Shown: piece after piece, positions 51,201-63,474 of the stretch
Layout: every line of letters starts with the position of its first letter
How positions within the stretch are numbered: position 1 is the first letter of the stretch
Assembly (NCBI GenBank): GCA_002189035.1
Contig: CM007991.1
Coordinates: forward strand, 3,596,001 to 3,660,000
Source of the DNA: Utricularia gibba
Taxonomy: Eukaryota > Plantae > Magnoliophyta
DNA: 64,000 nucleotides
Direction: 5' to 3'
The notes under the pieces: model-generated
What the model saw: the letters and a program-made list of their open reading frames with translations, nothing else
Databases searched by the model: none
Told to the model about the DNA's origin: nothing
Made by a program: the position numbers and the translations under genes

Positions 51201-53498
51201 TTTCTCCGCACTTGCAACAGTCTACTCGCGATAAGCAGCAGCAGAATCCTCGACACCCGACGCCGGAAGAGCCCCTGAAGTTGAAACGAAGCGGCTTCGG
51301 GTGGTTTGCAAACAGTCCCCCGAAACTCATTATTTACAAACAAAACCCCTGCCTTTCATGTTTTTCAGGAATGCCTGCCTAATTTCTTCTAAATGTCAAT
51401 TTCAGTACCCAATTCGAAATCAGAAAATTTTTCGAATTTTGTGTATTCAAATGAAAATACACCCACAGACAGGGCCACGATTAAAACAGGTAACAAATGA
51501 AGGGCCTCTTAGTACAAATTCACCTGTTGGGCCGCGTAACTGACCTTGGGCCTTCACCCAGTACCCAGTTATTGTAATTATTATTATTGAATATTAATTA
51601 TTTAACATATTATTAAAAGCAGTAATAGACGTTTTACAATGATGCGGTTTATAATTATGAACCGTGGTCCGTGGGGAGGCGTGAACCGGGGCCAGGCCGA
51701 ACCAAATTATATAACACCTTTAGGCGGTTGAGGATGATGTTATTGAGCAAAATACTTTTGGGCCCAACATTTTTAATTTTTCTCCAATAGGTCCCCTCTT
51801 TAAAATTATTAGTTCAATATTAGAAAATAGTAAATGTGATTTAATTCATTATATTCAAATATATGATTAAATCAAAAAATGAATTCAATCCCTTTTTAAT
51901 ACAAGACACCTCACAACCCTAGTTTTTTTAGGTCTTCCAAAATAAATATTCATATCCCCCTTCTTGACTAAAGTGTGCCTAGGGCTAGGGTTGTCATTTC
52001 ACCAAGGTCCCATGCTTTGATTCCTTGGTTGGGTTGTAAACAGGACCTTGCTACTCATCACATCCTGGTTGTCTTTTTCTTAGGCAATGAGAAAGCAAAG
52101 CCAAAAAAAAAAAGTACACCTACTATTCACAATGTTGGTGATCCTAAATGAGTCACATGGACTAAGTAAAAGTACATGCTTTATAACCTAAGTTGAATCT
52201 CTTAAAGATAAAAATTGTGTAAATAGTTATGTGAGTTCTACATATGAGTTCAAGTTGACATGATTCTCAAGTCAATGAGCCTAGAACCTCACATTGGTAG
52301 GTATAAGAATAAGTAAATATTGTAGATTATTGATATTGTTATCATTCTGTTTCGGTGTATATGATGTTATTTATTTCAAATATATAGTAATCATAATATT
52401 ATGCACTTTCCCATCTTTAGATAAATAGATTTCCTATTTTTTCCTTTGTAAGATTTACATAATTCTTCATACTAATCATTTCAACTTTCATATAACAATC
52501 TCCATTTTTTTGATAATCCTTGACATGAACATGTGATATATCAAGATATTTTAGAGATGAAACAAAAATGAATAGATCAATATTCACAATGACGATACAT
52601 ATCTTTAGATAGTGAATTAAATCTTTACAATACCATACATCCATAGTAATTCATATTTTTTATATGATATTATACATTGTAGATATTATTTCTCATAATT
52701 TTACATTACCTTCACATCTTTAAAATGATAGTTTTTCCAAGTAATCTTCAATCTTGAAACTCATGAAGATAAGACATGTTTCACTCTATTTAATTTCTTC
52801 CCTCCTCCCCCACCATAGTAACCGATATGAGATTCACTTACCATTGCGCTGTCACGTTTCCTCAGACACGGGATTTAACGTAGGCAATGCAATTTATTGC
52901 ATGGATCGAGTGTCGAAACGCTAGGCAGCAACAGGGTAACCGGCAAGTCGGATCATTATTACATTGTCATGCACACACAGCCAGCGCCTTTGGTTGTCTT
53001 TAAAGTGAAGGAAAAAAGGGTGCTTTTATGTTTTGACGTGCTACATGTCCCCCCTCTTAATTTGGGATACTCGATTATTAATAACTATTGGAATTAAAGA
53101 GTCAACCATAACATAAATGTGAATGGGACAATCATTCTGGGTTCTAGCTGTAAACTACATTTTCTCAACTGTCAACCTTAATACACCTCCCCCATTATTA
53201 CAAAACCCCTATTATTTTGTTCAGGAATATGAAACTTTCCACTTACATTATGGATTCTCGGGGCCCTGCCCCCCTACTGGATGCTTCCAAACAAAACCAC
53301 TTCTAAAAAACTACTAGGGCTTGTTTTGTACTTTATTTCAAATTTAGACAACCACATGTAGAAAATTTAATAAAAAACATGTTTTGGGGAGGTTCAAAAT
53401 CATCTAAAATTAATTTTAGATTAAAAATATCGATTTAAATACATTAGACTCCAAAAAACTATTTTTGGATTGGTCCACTTTAAATTAACAAGGATAAA

Positions 53499-53703
53499 TT
53501 TCATAATCAGATATGAAAATGTCGAATTTATGAAAGATAAACAACTGTGAAAACATTTGTCAAGGATGTTTTTATTAATTAAGAAAAAATGTGTAGGGTT
53601 CGAAGATGATAAGATACTGTCTTAATCTCAACCATAAACGATGGTGACTAGGGATCAATGGATGTTGATTTTAGAACTCTATTGACACATTATGAGAAAC
53701 AAA
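53499..53703 (+). pseudogene. Degenerate 18S rDNA fragment (central domain), about 200 bp
   Basis: Aligns by eye to plant 18S ...GGATTTATGAAAGACGAACAACTGCGAAAGCATTTGCCAAGGATGTTTTCATTAATCAAGAACG...CTCAACCATAAACGATGCCGACCAGGGATC...TTATGAGAAATCAAAG. Most differences are C>T or G>A. Confidence 0.9.
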
Positions 53704-54792
53704 TACTCATATTAAACAAAAATATTCCTAAATCAATACAAAACTATATTAATCACGAGTTTTTATTTAATGCCATAGATTGCATGTCACCAGAATTTTA
53801 CTATTTAATAAACTCATAACCACTTTTGTTCAGAAAATATTATCCTTAATTATGAGATTTGTTTGCTTATTAATACTCTGTTTAAATCACAATCTTTTTC
53901 TTTAATTATTAAAAATACTTTTTCATTTTACCTATATTTAATATGTTCAAAATTACACATATTTACTAGCTTTAGGTAAACCTTTTTTTTCTTACCTTTT
54001 AGGTAGAAATTTACTCTTGACACGCATGGGAATGATTGGACCTTTTTTGGTCTCCCATTTACCAAAATTGGTTAAAAAGCTATTCACATTCACTCTTCTA
54101 GGGGATAGGGATGGTTAATTCATAAACCTAGTAATATTTGATTAAAGGGGGATATTTCTCTCTACTGAAAAATAATATTTTTATTAATTAATGGACTTCT
54201 CTTTTTTTTTTAAAAAAAAAAAAGCTGCAAAATTCCAAAAAAACGTTGGATGCTTTTTAAGAAATAAAAAGTGCAAATAAATAAATAAATGTTTTTTCTA
54301 GGGTGAAGTCTATCTCACTTCTAGGGAGTTGCGCTACACTCAGGCGTGATGGGATACTACGGGGTCCACATACATCTGTCTGCTTTTTGGTGACGTGGAA
54401 TCCTCTTTCCTTCTTTGGTGTCAAAAAAAAATCATATTTTACTCATAATTATATTATAATTTTTCACCGGTTATTTAAAAAGTTGTTTATATTGTGAAAT
54501 GTATGTGGGAAAAATAGTGAATCTAAATATCAAAATATAAATTACTAAAATATTTATAATTAATCATTTACTTATCATACCGTTGACAAAAAAAATTAAT
54601 ATCATATTTTACTATCGTGGGATTAATTAAACCTAATTAATATATGAATTTATGTTTTAACTTAAATAATAAAATTGATAAGATATCTTATTTATAACAT
54701 TATATATCATTAATTATTAAACCGTATGATTAATATTTATTATTTAACGGAAAAATTACGTCAATATCCCTTATTGTTTAACTAAATGACAT

Positions 54793-55062
54793 AATTGATT
54801 TCTCGAAATAGTGTTTTAGTTTTCAATATTTCAAAATCATTTATAAATTGATTTCTCGAAATAGTGTTTTAGTTTTCAATATTTCAAAATCATTTATAAA
54901 TTGATTTCTCGAAATAGTGTTTTAGTTTTCAATATTTCAAAATCATTTATAAATTGATTTCTCAAAATAGTGTTTTAGTTTTCAATATTTCAAAATCATT
55001 TATAAATTGATTTCTCAAAATAGTGTTTTAGTTTTCAATATTTCAAAATCATTTATAATTGA
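54793..55062 (+). repeat. 53-bp tandem minisatellite, 5 copies plus a partial copy
   Basis: Unit AATTGATTTCTC(G/A)AAATAGTGTTTTAGTTTTCAATATTTCAAAATCATTTATA starting at 54793, 54846, 54899, 54952 and 55005. Confidence 0.97.
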
Positions 55063-55908
55063 TCTCTACTGTTTCGAAATCGGATAAAAATAGTTGACAC
55101 TATTTACACTAATGGTTAAATCAATATCAATTTAAAACTTTACTTTTTTCAAATCAATTTTACTATTTTCGACCGACCGCCGACTATTGCTAACCACCGC
55201 CTGCAACCTCCCCACCGTCCACCGCCCCGCGTCCACTATAAAAAATTATTGAAGTAAAAAAAGTTGATGATTAATTATTTTCAATACATCAAAAGTTAGG
55301 GATTAAATGTATCCGATACATTAAAATTTGGAGACTAAATACGCTTATATGAACTATTTATGCTAATTTCATTAAAGATTGGGAACTAATTTTGCGGATT
55401 TTAAAAACTTTAGGGATTCATGCAACCTAGTGCCCATTATGTAACATGATATCAAACTAACCCAAAGCATGATTCCCAAAAGTGTCATTGTCAATGATAT
55501 GGGTTGGGTGTGGGTGAAGTCAAAGTTGGGCTGTTACTCATTGACTCTGGGAATAGTTTTTTCTATAATTGTTTTTTCGAGGCACCCTACGTTGGGGGGT
55601 GTAACAGAAGCTTGTAATAAAATTTAAGATTAGTACACAAGGCTTATTTACTTCTATCGTTCCATAGAGTAATGATACGTACGCGGCAGATAGAGGCGTC
55701 GCTTTCCTCCCTCTGGAGTTCTCACTTTCTTGTGAAGCCAAACCCACATCATGCCTTTAGTTTCATGAATTTTTCACGCACTACTGATAACTGTCGGCCT
55801 CCGAGCTTCACCATAACGCTTCTTTTCTCTTCCCACCCGCCGCTCTACTCTGGTCTGCTGTGTGTCTCTATATATACAGCATCGGCGTACCTTCCCCGCC
55901 CTTTCACC

Positions 55909-57111
55909 ATGCTGGAGAAGGTTTGCGACTTCAGAATGAGGATTGTGTTCCTTTTCGTGTTTTTGTTGTCAGGTTTCGAGCTGGGGGAGTCCATGCTTGA
56001 CCCGAATGATTTCCTGGCGCTGCAGTCTATCAGGAAGAGTTTGAACGATATGCCCGGCTCCAATTTCTTCGAATCATGGGATTTCACTTCAGACCCGTGT
56101 AATTTCGCCGGGGTTTACTGCTCAGCCGGCAGAGTTGTTACGCTTAACCTGGGGGATCCTCGGGCATCTTCCACTGGTTTAAGCGGCAGGCTCGATCCTT
56201 CCATCGGGAAACTCTCTGCTCTCACTGAGTTCACTGTTGTTCCTGGGAGGGTAATGGGCCGGTTGCCTCTGACTATTTCCGATTTAAAGTTCCTGCGGTT
56301 TTTGGCGATCAGCCGGAATTTCATATCCGGAGAAATCCCATCCGGGTTTAGGTTGCTGTGGCGTCTGCAAACTCTCGATCTTAGCTACAATCAGATTAGC
56401 GGTACCATCCCGTTCTCAATCGGAACGCTGCCGGCGTTAAGTAACCTCATTCTCAGCCGCAACCATCTCACCGGTTCGATTCCCCCATTCTTTTCCAAAA
56501 CCTTAACCCGCCTGGATTTGAAACAGAACCAGCTCTCCGGTTGGCTTCCCCGGCTGGGTCTTCCTCCATCCCTACAATACCTTTCTTTATCAGGGAACCA
56601 GCTCACGGGTCCGATTGGCCGGGTCATCGGACGATTAAACCGGTTGAATTATCTCGACCTCAGTATGAACCGGTTCGTAGGTGCAATTCCAGCTATTCTC
56701 TTCACTTTCCCGATCACTACCCTCCAATTACAAAGGAACCAGCTATCGGGCCCGGTTCAGCCCGGCGGTCCGGTCAGGATACAGACCGTCGATCTCAGCT
56801 TTAACCGTCTCTCCGGCGAGATATCCCCGTCCTTTTCCAGCGTCCAGGTTCTGTACCTGAACAACAACCGATTCACCGGCGAGGTCCCTGGTTGCTTCGT
56901 TGACCGGATTCTATCCGCCAGTATCCAGATTCTATATCTGCAGCATAACTATCTGACGGGGATCAAGATCAACCCGACGGTGGAGATTCCTCTGAGCGCG
57001 TCGCTGTGCCTACAGTACAACTGCATGGTCCTTCCCGTGGAGACGCCCTGCCCTTTGAAAGCTGGAATGCAGAAAACACGGCCTGCGGAACAGTGCCGCT
57101 GGCAAGGATAA
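55909..57111 (+). CDS. Secreted LRR protein (LRRNT plus about 10 LRRs, no TM or kinase; At4g03010/At1g03440-like), single exon
   Basis: Signal peptide RIVFLFVFLLSGFELGES; LDPNDFLALQSIRKSL..WDFTSDPCNFAGVYC; repeated LxxLxLxxNxLxGxIP; ends LCLQYNCMVLPVETPCP. TATA near 55868 places the start at 55909 rather than 55672. Confidence 0.92.
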   Translation: MLEKVCDFRMRIVFLFVFLLSGFELGESMLDPNDFLALQSIRKSLNDMPGSNFFESWDFTSDPCNFAGVYCSAGRVVTLNLGDPRASSTGLSGRLDPSIGKLSALTEFTVVPGRVMGRLPLTISDLKFLRFLAISRNFISGEIPSGFRLLWRLQTLDLSYNQISGTIPFSIGTLPALSNLILSRNHLTGSIPPFFSKTLTRLDLKQNQLSGWLPRLGLPPSLQYLSLSGNQLTGPIGRVIGRLNRLNYLDLSMNRFVGAIPAILFTFPITTLQLQRNQLSGPVQPGGPVRIQTVDLSFNRLSGEISPSFSSVQVLYLNNNRFTGEVPGCFVDRILSASIQILYLQHNYLTGIKINPTVEIPLSASLCLQYNCMVLPVETPCPLKAGMQKTRPAEQCRWQG

Positions 57112-57443
57112 AACTGGAATTTGCAGCCAAAAGAAAAAATATATATATAATTTTATTTTTATCGCAAATGACGAAAAGTCACATATTATTTTTTGTGGGG
57201 CCCCAATTACCTGTTGGAGATCAAGCGTGTGAACCACGGCTGTTTGGTCTTCGGCAAAGTGTGAAAGGACGATTTACTTCTACGCCAATCCTGCTTTGTT
57301 TGATTTGTACCTCCGGTCAGATCCGGTCCGGTCCGTGCCAGATTTTGAGCTTTGACCCGTTCCTCCAGGATGTATAGACCACCAGATTTTTCTTAATTTC
57401 TAATTGCATGAATTTAAATATTTCCATGAATTTAAATTCCTCC

Positions 57444-57666
57444 GAGTGTGTTTCACATAATCTGAAAATAAGTTATTGAAAAATGAGAATGAAAGACTAT
57501 TCAGTAATTTGTAGAAATATAAATTATTTTCAAATTTCTAATAAATATTAAAATAGAAAAATAATTTATATCTCTATAAAAATAGAAACACATCATGTTC
57601 AAAATTATTCATTTTTAATTTTGAAAATAAGTAAAAATTAAACCAGAAGTTGTGCGGAACACATCC
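57444..57666. mobile_element. Possible degenerate Tourist-like MITE
   Basis: Left GAGTGTGTTTCACATAATCTG versus reverse complement of right GGATGTGTTCCGCACAACTTCTG; AT-rich interior. TSD unclear. Confidence 0.35.
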
Positions 57667-57989
57667 TATTTCTTCTATTTTCAATTATCAAACGATTTTT
57701 TTTTGTTAAGGAGGAAGCCCAACAAATATGAGTATTTTTATTTTGGAGTATCAAAGCCCAAGAGATTTTTTTGGAGGGGTAGTGCCACGCTGGCGATCCT
57801 AGTATTGTCGACAGAAGGGATCTGATCGTTGATTGAAATCAACGGCGCGATGGCATCCACGCTTTCGATCCGAGAATAGTCAAAGGAACCAATCAGATGT
57901 AGGAACTCATCATTATAAAAAGGATTTCATCGTCACTTCTTCGGTACCACTGAGTACTGAAATTCGAAACTCCCTTTCCCTCCAGGAAG

Positions 57990-58500
57990 ATGTCAACTGT
58001 AACTCCGAAAGTCTCTGGCGGCCGTGGGAAGCCGAAATCGAAAGCCGTCTCCAGGTCTTCAAAAGCCGGTCTCCAGTTTCCCGTCGGCAGAATAGCTCGT
58101 TTCCTCAAGAAAGGCCGTTACGCTGAAAGAGTTGGATCAGGTTCGCCGGTCTACCTCTCCGCCGTCCTCGAATACCTCGCCGCTGAGGTGCCTGATTCCT
58201 TCATCTTCTATATTTTTCTGTTGATAACTCGATTGCATGTCTCGATTTGATTTTGAAATCGTTGATTCGGCGTAGGTCTTGGAACTTGCTGGAAATGCGG
58301 CTAGGGATAACAAGAAGAATCGGATAATCCCGCGGCATATTCAACTCGCGGTGAGAAACGACGAAGAGCTGAGCAAGCTTCTTGGTTCCGTCACGATCTC
58401 CAGCGGCGGCGTCCTGCCCAATATACATCAGCTTCTGCTGTCGAAGAAGGCCGGTAAAGGCAAGGGCGGCGAACTTGGCTCCGTATCTCAAGAGTTCTGA
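57990..58500 (+). CDS. H2AX: Histone H2A.X (C-terminal SQEF), one intron 58188-58275
   Basis: [20 protein letters not shown]...[27 protein letters not shown]...GGVLPNIH...GSVSQEF*. Confidence 0.98.
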
Positions 58501-58949
58501 TCGTTATAATATCCTTTTTAGATGCACGTGAAATAGCGCAATTGGGTCCAAGAAGCATTTGTGTAGTCGGCCCAGTGCACCTCCACCCGGTAAATTCATC
58601 ACTAGACCGGAGTCCGGTTTTTTTTTTTTTTTTTTTAATTTCCATCCGGCCCAGTACTAAACAAATCATAACCATTTTAACAAAATTGCTAATTGGAATA
58701 TTAGGACTTATTTATGAACGATTTTAAGATGATTTTTTTATAATTTTAATGTATACTAATATTTTGAGGACAACTTGTAGTTTAAATTTTAAAATTATCG
58801 AACCAGTTGGTCTGAAAGGGCAACAAATTTTGAAAGGTGGCCCCGTGGCGCCGGAGCAATAAAACCCACAGTTCGCTTCAATAATTTCTCCGAGAGAACT
58901 CCGAGATTTCTCGTATGCGCAGTTTTTTCTTGATTTCGTCATCATCTCT

Positions 58950-58985
<36 letters not shown>

Positions 58986-59049
58986 GGGTTCTCGTTTCTC
59001 CGCGAAATAAACCGAAAACTGGGAAATCCCTGTAACCGCCGGCGTCCTC

Positions 59050-60772
59050 ATGACGACGAGTAGCGTATGTGCAGAAGAAAGGCAGGAGGATCCGCGGCAG
59101 CAGCAGCAGCTGTCTTTGTTGGAGTTCATTTTGTCTGCTTTGAGAAAATCCATGGCGTCTAGTTGTCGCTTCGACTGTATGGATCAAGAGGTCATCTCTG
59201 CCGTTCGTCAGATGGAAATCGGGTGGCCGACGAACGTTCAGCATATAACCCATGTTACCTTCGACAGGTTTCAAGGATTTCTTGGTCTCCCTGTGGAGTT
59301 TGAGGTTGAAATTCCATGCAAAGTCCCCAGTGCGAGGTGTGTTTATTTGCTCTCTCTTAAATTCTTTCGATTTTGAATCAGAATATCGGTATTCTTTGAT
59401 GTGTTTCTGGAGTTTTCTTGGTTGTGGGTGTGTTTGATTGACGATGAGGGCAGTGACATCATGGAATCCCACGAACATTGAAGGCATTGCAGAAATAATA
59501 ATGATTTACTTCAGGGAGTAGATACTATTCATTTACTCAAGAGATCAGTAGCTAGACGTAGGTCCATGGATTGCATTTATTCACACTGTAGAGAGTTTTC
59601 TATTAGACGTAGCTGCTCCTTGGGACCAAAGTTTAAGATGGGCATGACCCTCATGTTCCCCGTATTCTCCCTTTCTCTCTTTGCTGGTATGATATGCTTG
59701 TCTACTTTCAAAGGGCTTGCTCCTCTCTCAACTTTACCTGTGCCACGTTTCGTATTGATTGTTAAAAATCTGCCTTTCTCTTCCTCTTGTGAGCTATTTT
59801 GATGTGACTGTGAACTCTTCCAGTATCAGCGTATTTGGGGTGTCCCCGGAGTCAATGCAGTGCTCATACGACTCGAGAGGAAACAGTGTCCCAACCATTT
59901 TGTTGCTAATGCAGGAGAGGTTGTATTCACAAGGAGGATTGAAGGTGACTTGACAGGATTTTGTGTTTAATGCGGTCTCTGAGGGGACTTTACTTTGACG
60001 TCGATTGTCTTTCTTTACTGCAGTCTGAGGGAATTTTTCGAATAAATCCGGAGAACAGCCAAGAGGAACATGTGAGGAACCAGCTCAACAGCGGAATTGT
60101 GCCTCAAGACATTGATGTTCATTGTTTAGCCAGCCTGATCAAAGCCTGGTTCCGCGAACTGCCTTCTGGTATTCTTGATGGAATATCTCCTGAACAGATA
60201 TTACATTGCAAAACAGAGGAGGAGTCCATGGAACTCATCAAGCAACTGAACCCATCGGAAAGTGCTCTTCTCAGCTGGGCCATTGATCTCATGGTGGATG
60301 TTGTCCAAGAGGAGGAATCTAATAAAATGAATGCAAGAAACATTGCTATGGTCTTTGCCCCAACATGACAAAGGTCCTTTTTGTTCTTAGATCACGCTGT
60401 TCCTTTGTACATGGCTCAGTGTTCTTCATTCCTCTGCAGATGTCTGATCCCTTAACTGCCCTGATACATGCTGTCCAAGTGATGAACTTGCTGAAGACAC
60501 TCATCTTGGAATCTCTACGGAAAAGGCAAGTAGCTTACTCACCCCATCCAGACCAAGCACACGACAGCCATCAAGAGATGGAGGGAAGCAGCTGCGAGTC
60601 TGCAGATCATGACAAGCAAGAAGCATGCAGCAGGGACAAAGAGGAAGTTGGATCACTGAACAAAAACACCTTCCTGGATCACCTGAGGGCCAATAAGAAT
60701 GCGATCATTGATTTCAGGAGACAACTAGAAGGCAATGCAGGTCCACCATGTGGTGTTTTGACTGTCAGATAG
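59050..60772 (+). CDS. ROPGAP2: RopGAP (CRIB plus RhoGAP, RopGAP2-like), 4 exons; one -1 frameshift as assembled
   Basis: CRIB MEIGWPTNVQHITHVTFDRFQGFLGLP; SVFGVSPESMQCSYD..VPTILLLMQERLY; SEGIFRINPE..IKAWFRELP; KMNARNIAMVFAP then an immediate stop (expected APNMT); last exon MSDPLTALIHAVQVMNLLKTLI. Confidence 0.93.
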
Positions 60773-61368
60773 AATGACGGGAAGTTCATTTCTCAGCAGG
60801 ACTCGAGAACGCAGAGCTAGTTCTGTCACTAGAGTCGTTATAAGAGACAAATGTTCCCCTGTTTCTGTGGTCAGAAACATGGCAGATCAGCATACCTGCG
60901 ATGGTCTGTTTTAGTTACCCGTATTCTTTTGTCTTTTGAAGTACCCCGTTTGTATGAAGTTTGATGCTACCAATAATCCTTGTGACTGTGAGGTGTAACT
61001 TAGGATTCATGGCGATGGAGTGACGTGAAATTCGTCTTCCTTTTCTTTGAAATGCCAGGGCTTGACTTTCATGGGTCAAATATTGGGCCGCATAGCCATT
61101 TGAGCTCGTTTTAGGCCCAATAAGTAACAAAAGGCCTAGCCCAGTATGGGCCTTTAAGATATTTTAATATAATAATTATTATTATATCGTGAAAAAAAAC
61201 ACCCACACCATGACACTATTACAGTAACTCACGAGGCAGAAACCAAAGGTACTGTCACACTGTAGGCATATGAAGAAGCATCCTGCCTGTAGAGAAATTC
61301 ATCAAGCTAACGTGTGAACTTCCATTGAAGTAGAATAAACTGCTCCCCAAGGAAAATAAGCTTCAAAT

Positions 61369-61773
61369 TTAGCAGAATCCCAGCACCCCGAGTGCGAGCA
61401 GAGTCACGGCTCCTGGTAAATTGAGCCCAACGGAAGAAGAGTCGGCGGAGCGTGTGAGGGGCACCGAGGCGGCGTCGGGACTGAAGGGCGCATTTGCTGT
61501 TGCATCAGGGTTTGGTGGGCTGGGGAACGATGGAATGAAGGGGATAGTGTGCTCACTGGGGCTTGGAGACACATCCTCACCCCCCGCCGGAGAAGGGAAC
61601 AAGGGAATGTAATCTGGCGACAATGCCGGAGGGGAAGCCACCGGAGAAATGGGGTCAGGCAGCAATGCTGGCGCAGCAGAGATATGAGCTGAGGATGCTA
61701 GTGGCGCAGAGAGAGCGATGACGAGCACAACTGCAGCGAACAGGGGAAACTCAATCGCTGCTGCTGCCGCCAT
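61369..61773 (-). CDS. Classical arabinogalactan protein (AGP25/26/27-like), probably GPI-anchored, 134 aa
   Basis: Signal peptide, ISAAPALLP..LSPDYIPLFPSP..IPSFPSPPNPD, P/A/S-rich body, hydrophobic C-terminal tail. Confidence 0.88.
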   Translation of the reverse strand: MAAAAAIEFPLFAAVVLVIALSAPLASSAHISAAPALLPDPISPVASPPALSPDYIPLFPSPAGGEDVSPSPSEHTIPFIPSFPSPPNPDATANAPFSPDAASVPLTRSADSSSVGLNLPGAVTLLALGVLGFC

Positions 61774-62059
61774 TAATCCTAATGATGATGATGACGAGGA
61801 AATGCCGCGTTTGTTGGGTTGAAGTAACAGGATGGGGTCTTGCAGCAGATAAAGAGAGATGGAGGTGTGGGGGCGGAGCAGACGAAAAGGAGAAGAGGAG
61901 TGAATGAAGGGACACCAGCGAAGCATCTTGTGGATATCAAGGCGGGGCGGAGTAGGTTTCAGTTGTCTTGATCGAAGCGTCTGGTTTCTGGAGTTCACGT
62001 GCTCGCAGAGCAGTTGTCGAACCTTGAAATTTCATTCATCAAATGCCCAATCAGGGGAC

Positions 62060-63012
62060 TGATGATTGGACTGGATGCCATAGTCTCACTTAGTCCTCCC
62101 TAATCTGAACCGATGCAAGAACATTCAAACCGGTCAATCACTTAAGACATTTCAACAAATCATTCAAATTTTTGGCCCTATAAATTGGCATCAAACCCAA
62201 ATTGGGAAGGATAATCAATGGTGAAATAAACATCAATGAGAATGTTGAGTTTTCAATGGAGGTGGAAGGTTTCGACCCAAAGAACTTCAATGAATTTTAC
62301 ATCCATTGCGAATGGGATAGAAATAATGTTTATATAAAAAGAATTGATGAAGTACTAAATTGGGATATGTGATGTGGAGTCGAAATAAGTTGAAAAAAAG
62401 GTTTTGGGTGGGTTCTAATAGTTTGTAATAGACGACAAACCAATATGAGCCAAAATTGGGCAATAGTAACCATATTTGACAAAGTATTAAGAGTAACTAC
62501 GTTATAGAAATATCAAAGTAATCAGTGGTTATTTATCAACAAAACTACGTATATGATAGTTAGAAGTAGAAAGTGGATGACACCTAATATTGAGGCAACT
62601 CCTATAAATAGGAAAATGATTGAGTAAAAATTGATTTAATTCTTAATATACTTTTTGTAATGTTTCTTATCTCCTTTTATTTTTTTGTCCTCTAACAATT
62701 TTTACGTAAAAATACTTATCTCTTTTTATTTTTTCATCCCAACATTAATACAAAAATCGACAAAAATTCCAAATCGGATACTAACAAACTAACTTTACAA
62801 CCCTAAAATTGATCAATTTCAATAGAACTGATATTCGACAGCAACAATAACTTATCTAATATTGCATGAGCCTTTTGATAGTGATGCTGTGAGTGATGAT
62901 TGGACAGGATGGCATAGTCTTCACTTAGTCCTCCCTAAAATGTGAACCGCTGCTTGAACATTCAAGCCGGTTAATCACTTGAAGACATTTCTACAAATCA
63001 TTAAATTTTTTT
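62060..63012 (+). repeat. Pair of about 115-bp direct repeats (62060-62173 and 62894-63012), possible decayed small LTR element
   Basis: Both copies read TGATGATTGGAC.GGATG.CATAGTC..CACTTAGTCCTCCCTAA...AACATTCAA.CCGGT.AATCACTT.AAGACATTTC.ACAAATCATT. A PBS-like TGGCATCAAACC follows copy 1 at 62186. Confidence 0.8.
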
Positions 63013-63474
63013 GTTAGAAACATCCTCACGTGGGTCTGCTGTCATCCATTGGATCGGATTTCTAATGGGCCCAATGGGCTTCGGAATGGATAAAATGCCA
63101 TTTTCCCTCCAAAATGTACGAAAAGCTGCGTTTAGTACCCGGTACGTGAAGTCCGTTGCAATTTCCTTGAAATACATCTCTGGAAGCGTCGTCTCCGAGG
63201 AAGGCGATTCGCATTAATCTCGCTTCTGTATTTTCTGCTGCTGCGAAGCTCTTAGGTACTTAATCCTTTTCATTTGATTATCTCTTTCACATGATTTCTA
63301 TGATTTAATTTTACTTTTCATGCTTCCGTCTTCTGGATTCCCTGGCTTTCCCTTGTTATGGCGGTGTATATTTTTTTCTGGTCTGCTGGTGATGTTGCTG
63401 ATGTTGATGATCAGTGATCGTATATTTGATTACTGCTCGTTTAATCTGCGTGCAGAATATATTGTTTGTGGCTA

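Noticed and set aside
52417-52644. NLR/LRR-like fragment (SLKYLDISH, VWYCKDL)
   Set aside because: Two weak motif echoes in stop-ridden AT-rich DNA, not supportable without a search.
54793-55062. CRISPR-like array
   Set aside because: The units are contiguous with no unique spacers, and the context is plant nuclear DNA.
55672-55908. N-terminal extension of the LRR ORF
   Set aside because: A TATA box near 55868 and the signal peptide after 55909 indicate the downstream ATG is the start.
62060-62110. C/D-box snoRNA (TGATGA...CTGA)
   Set aside because: Only about 50 nt between the boxes, the second repeat copy lacks CTGA, and I recognised no rRNA-complementary guide.
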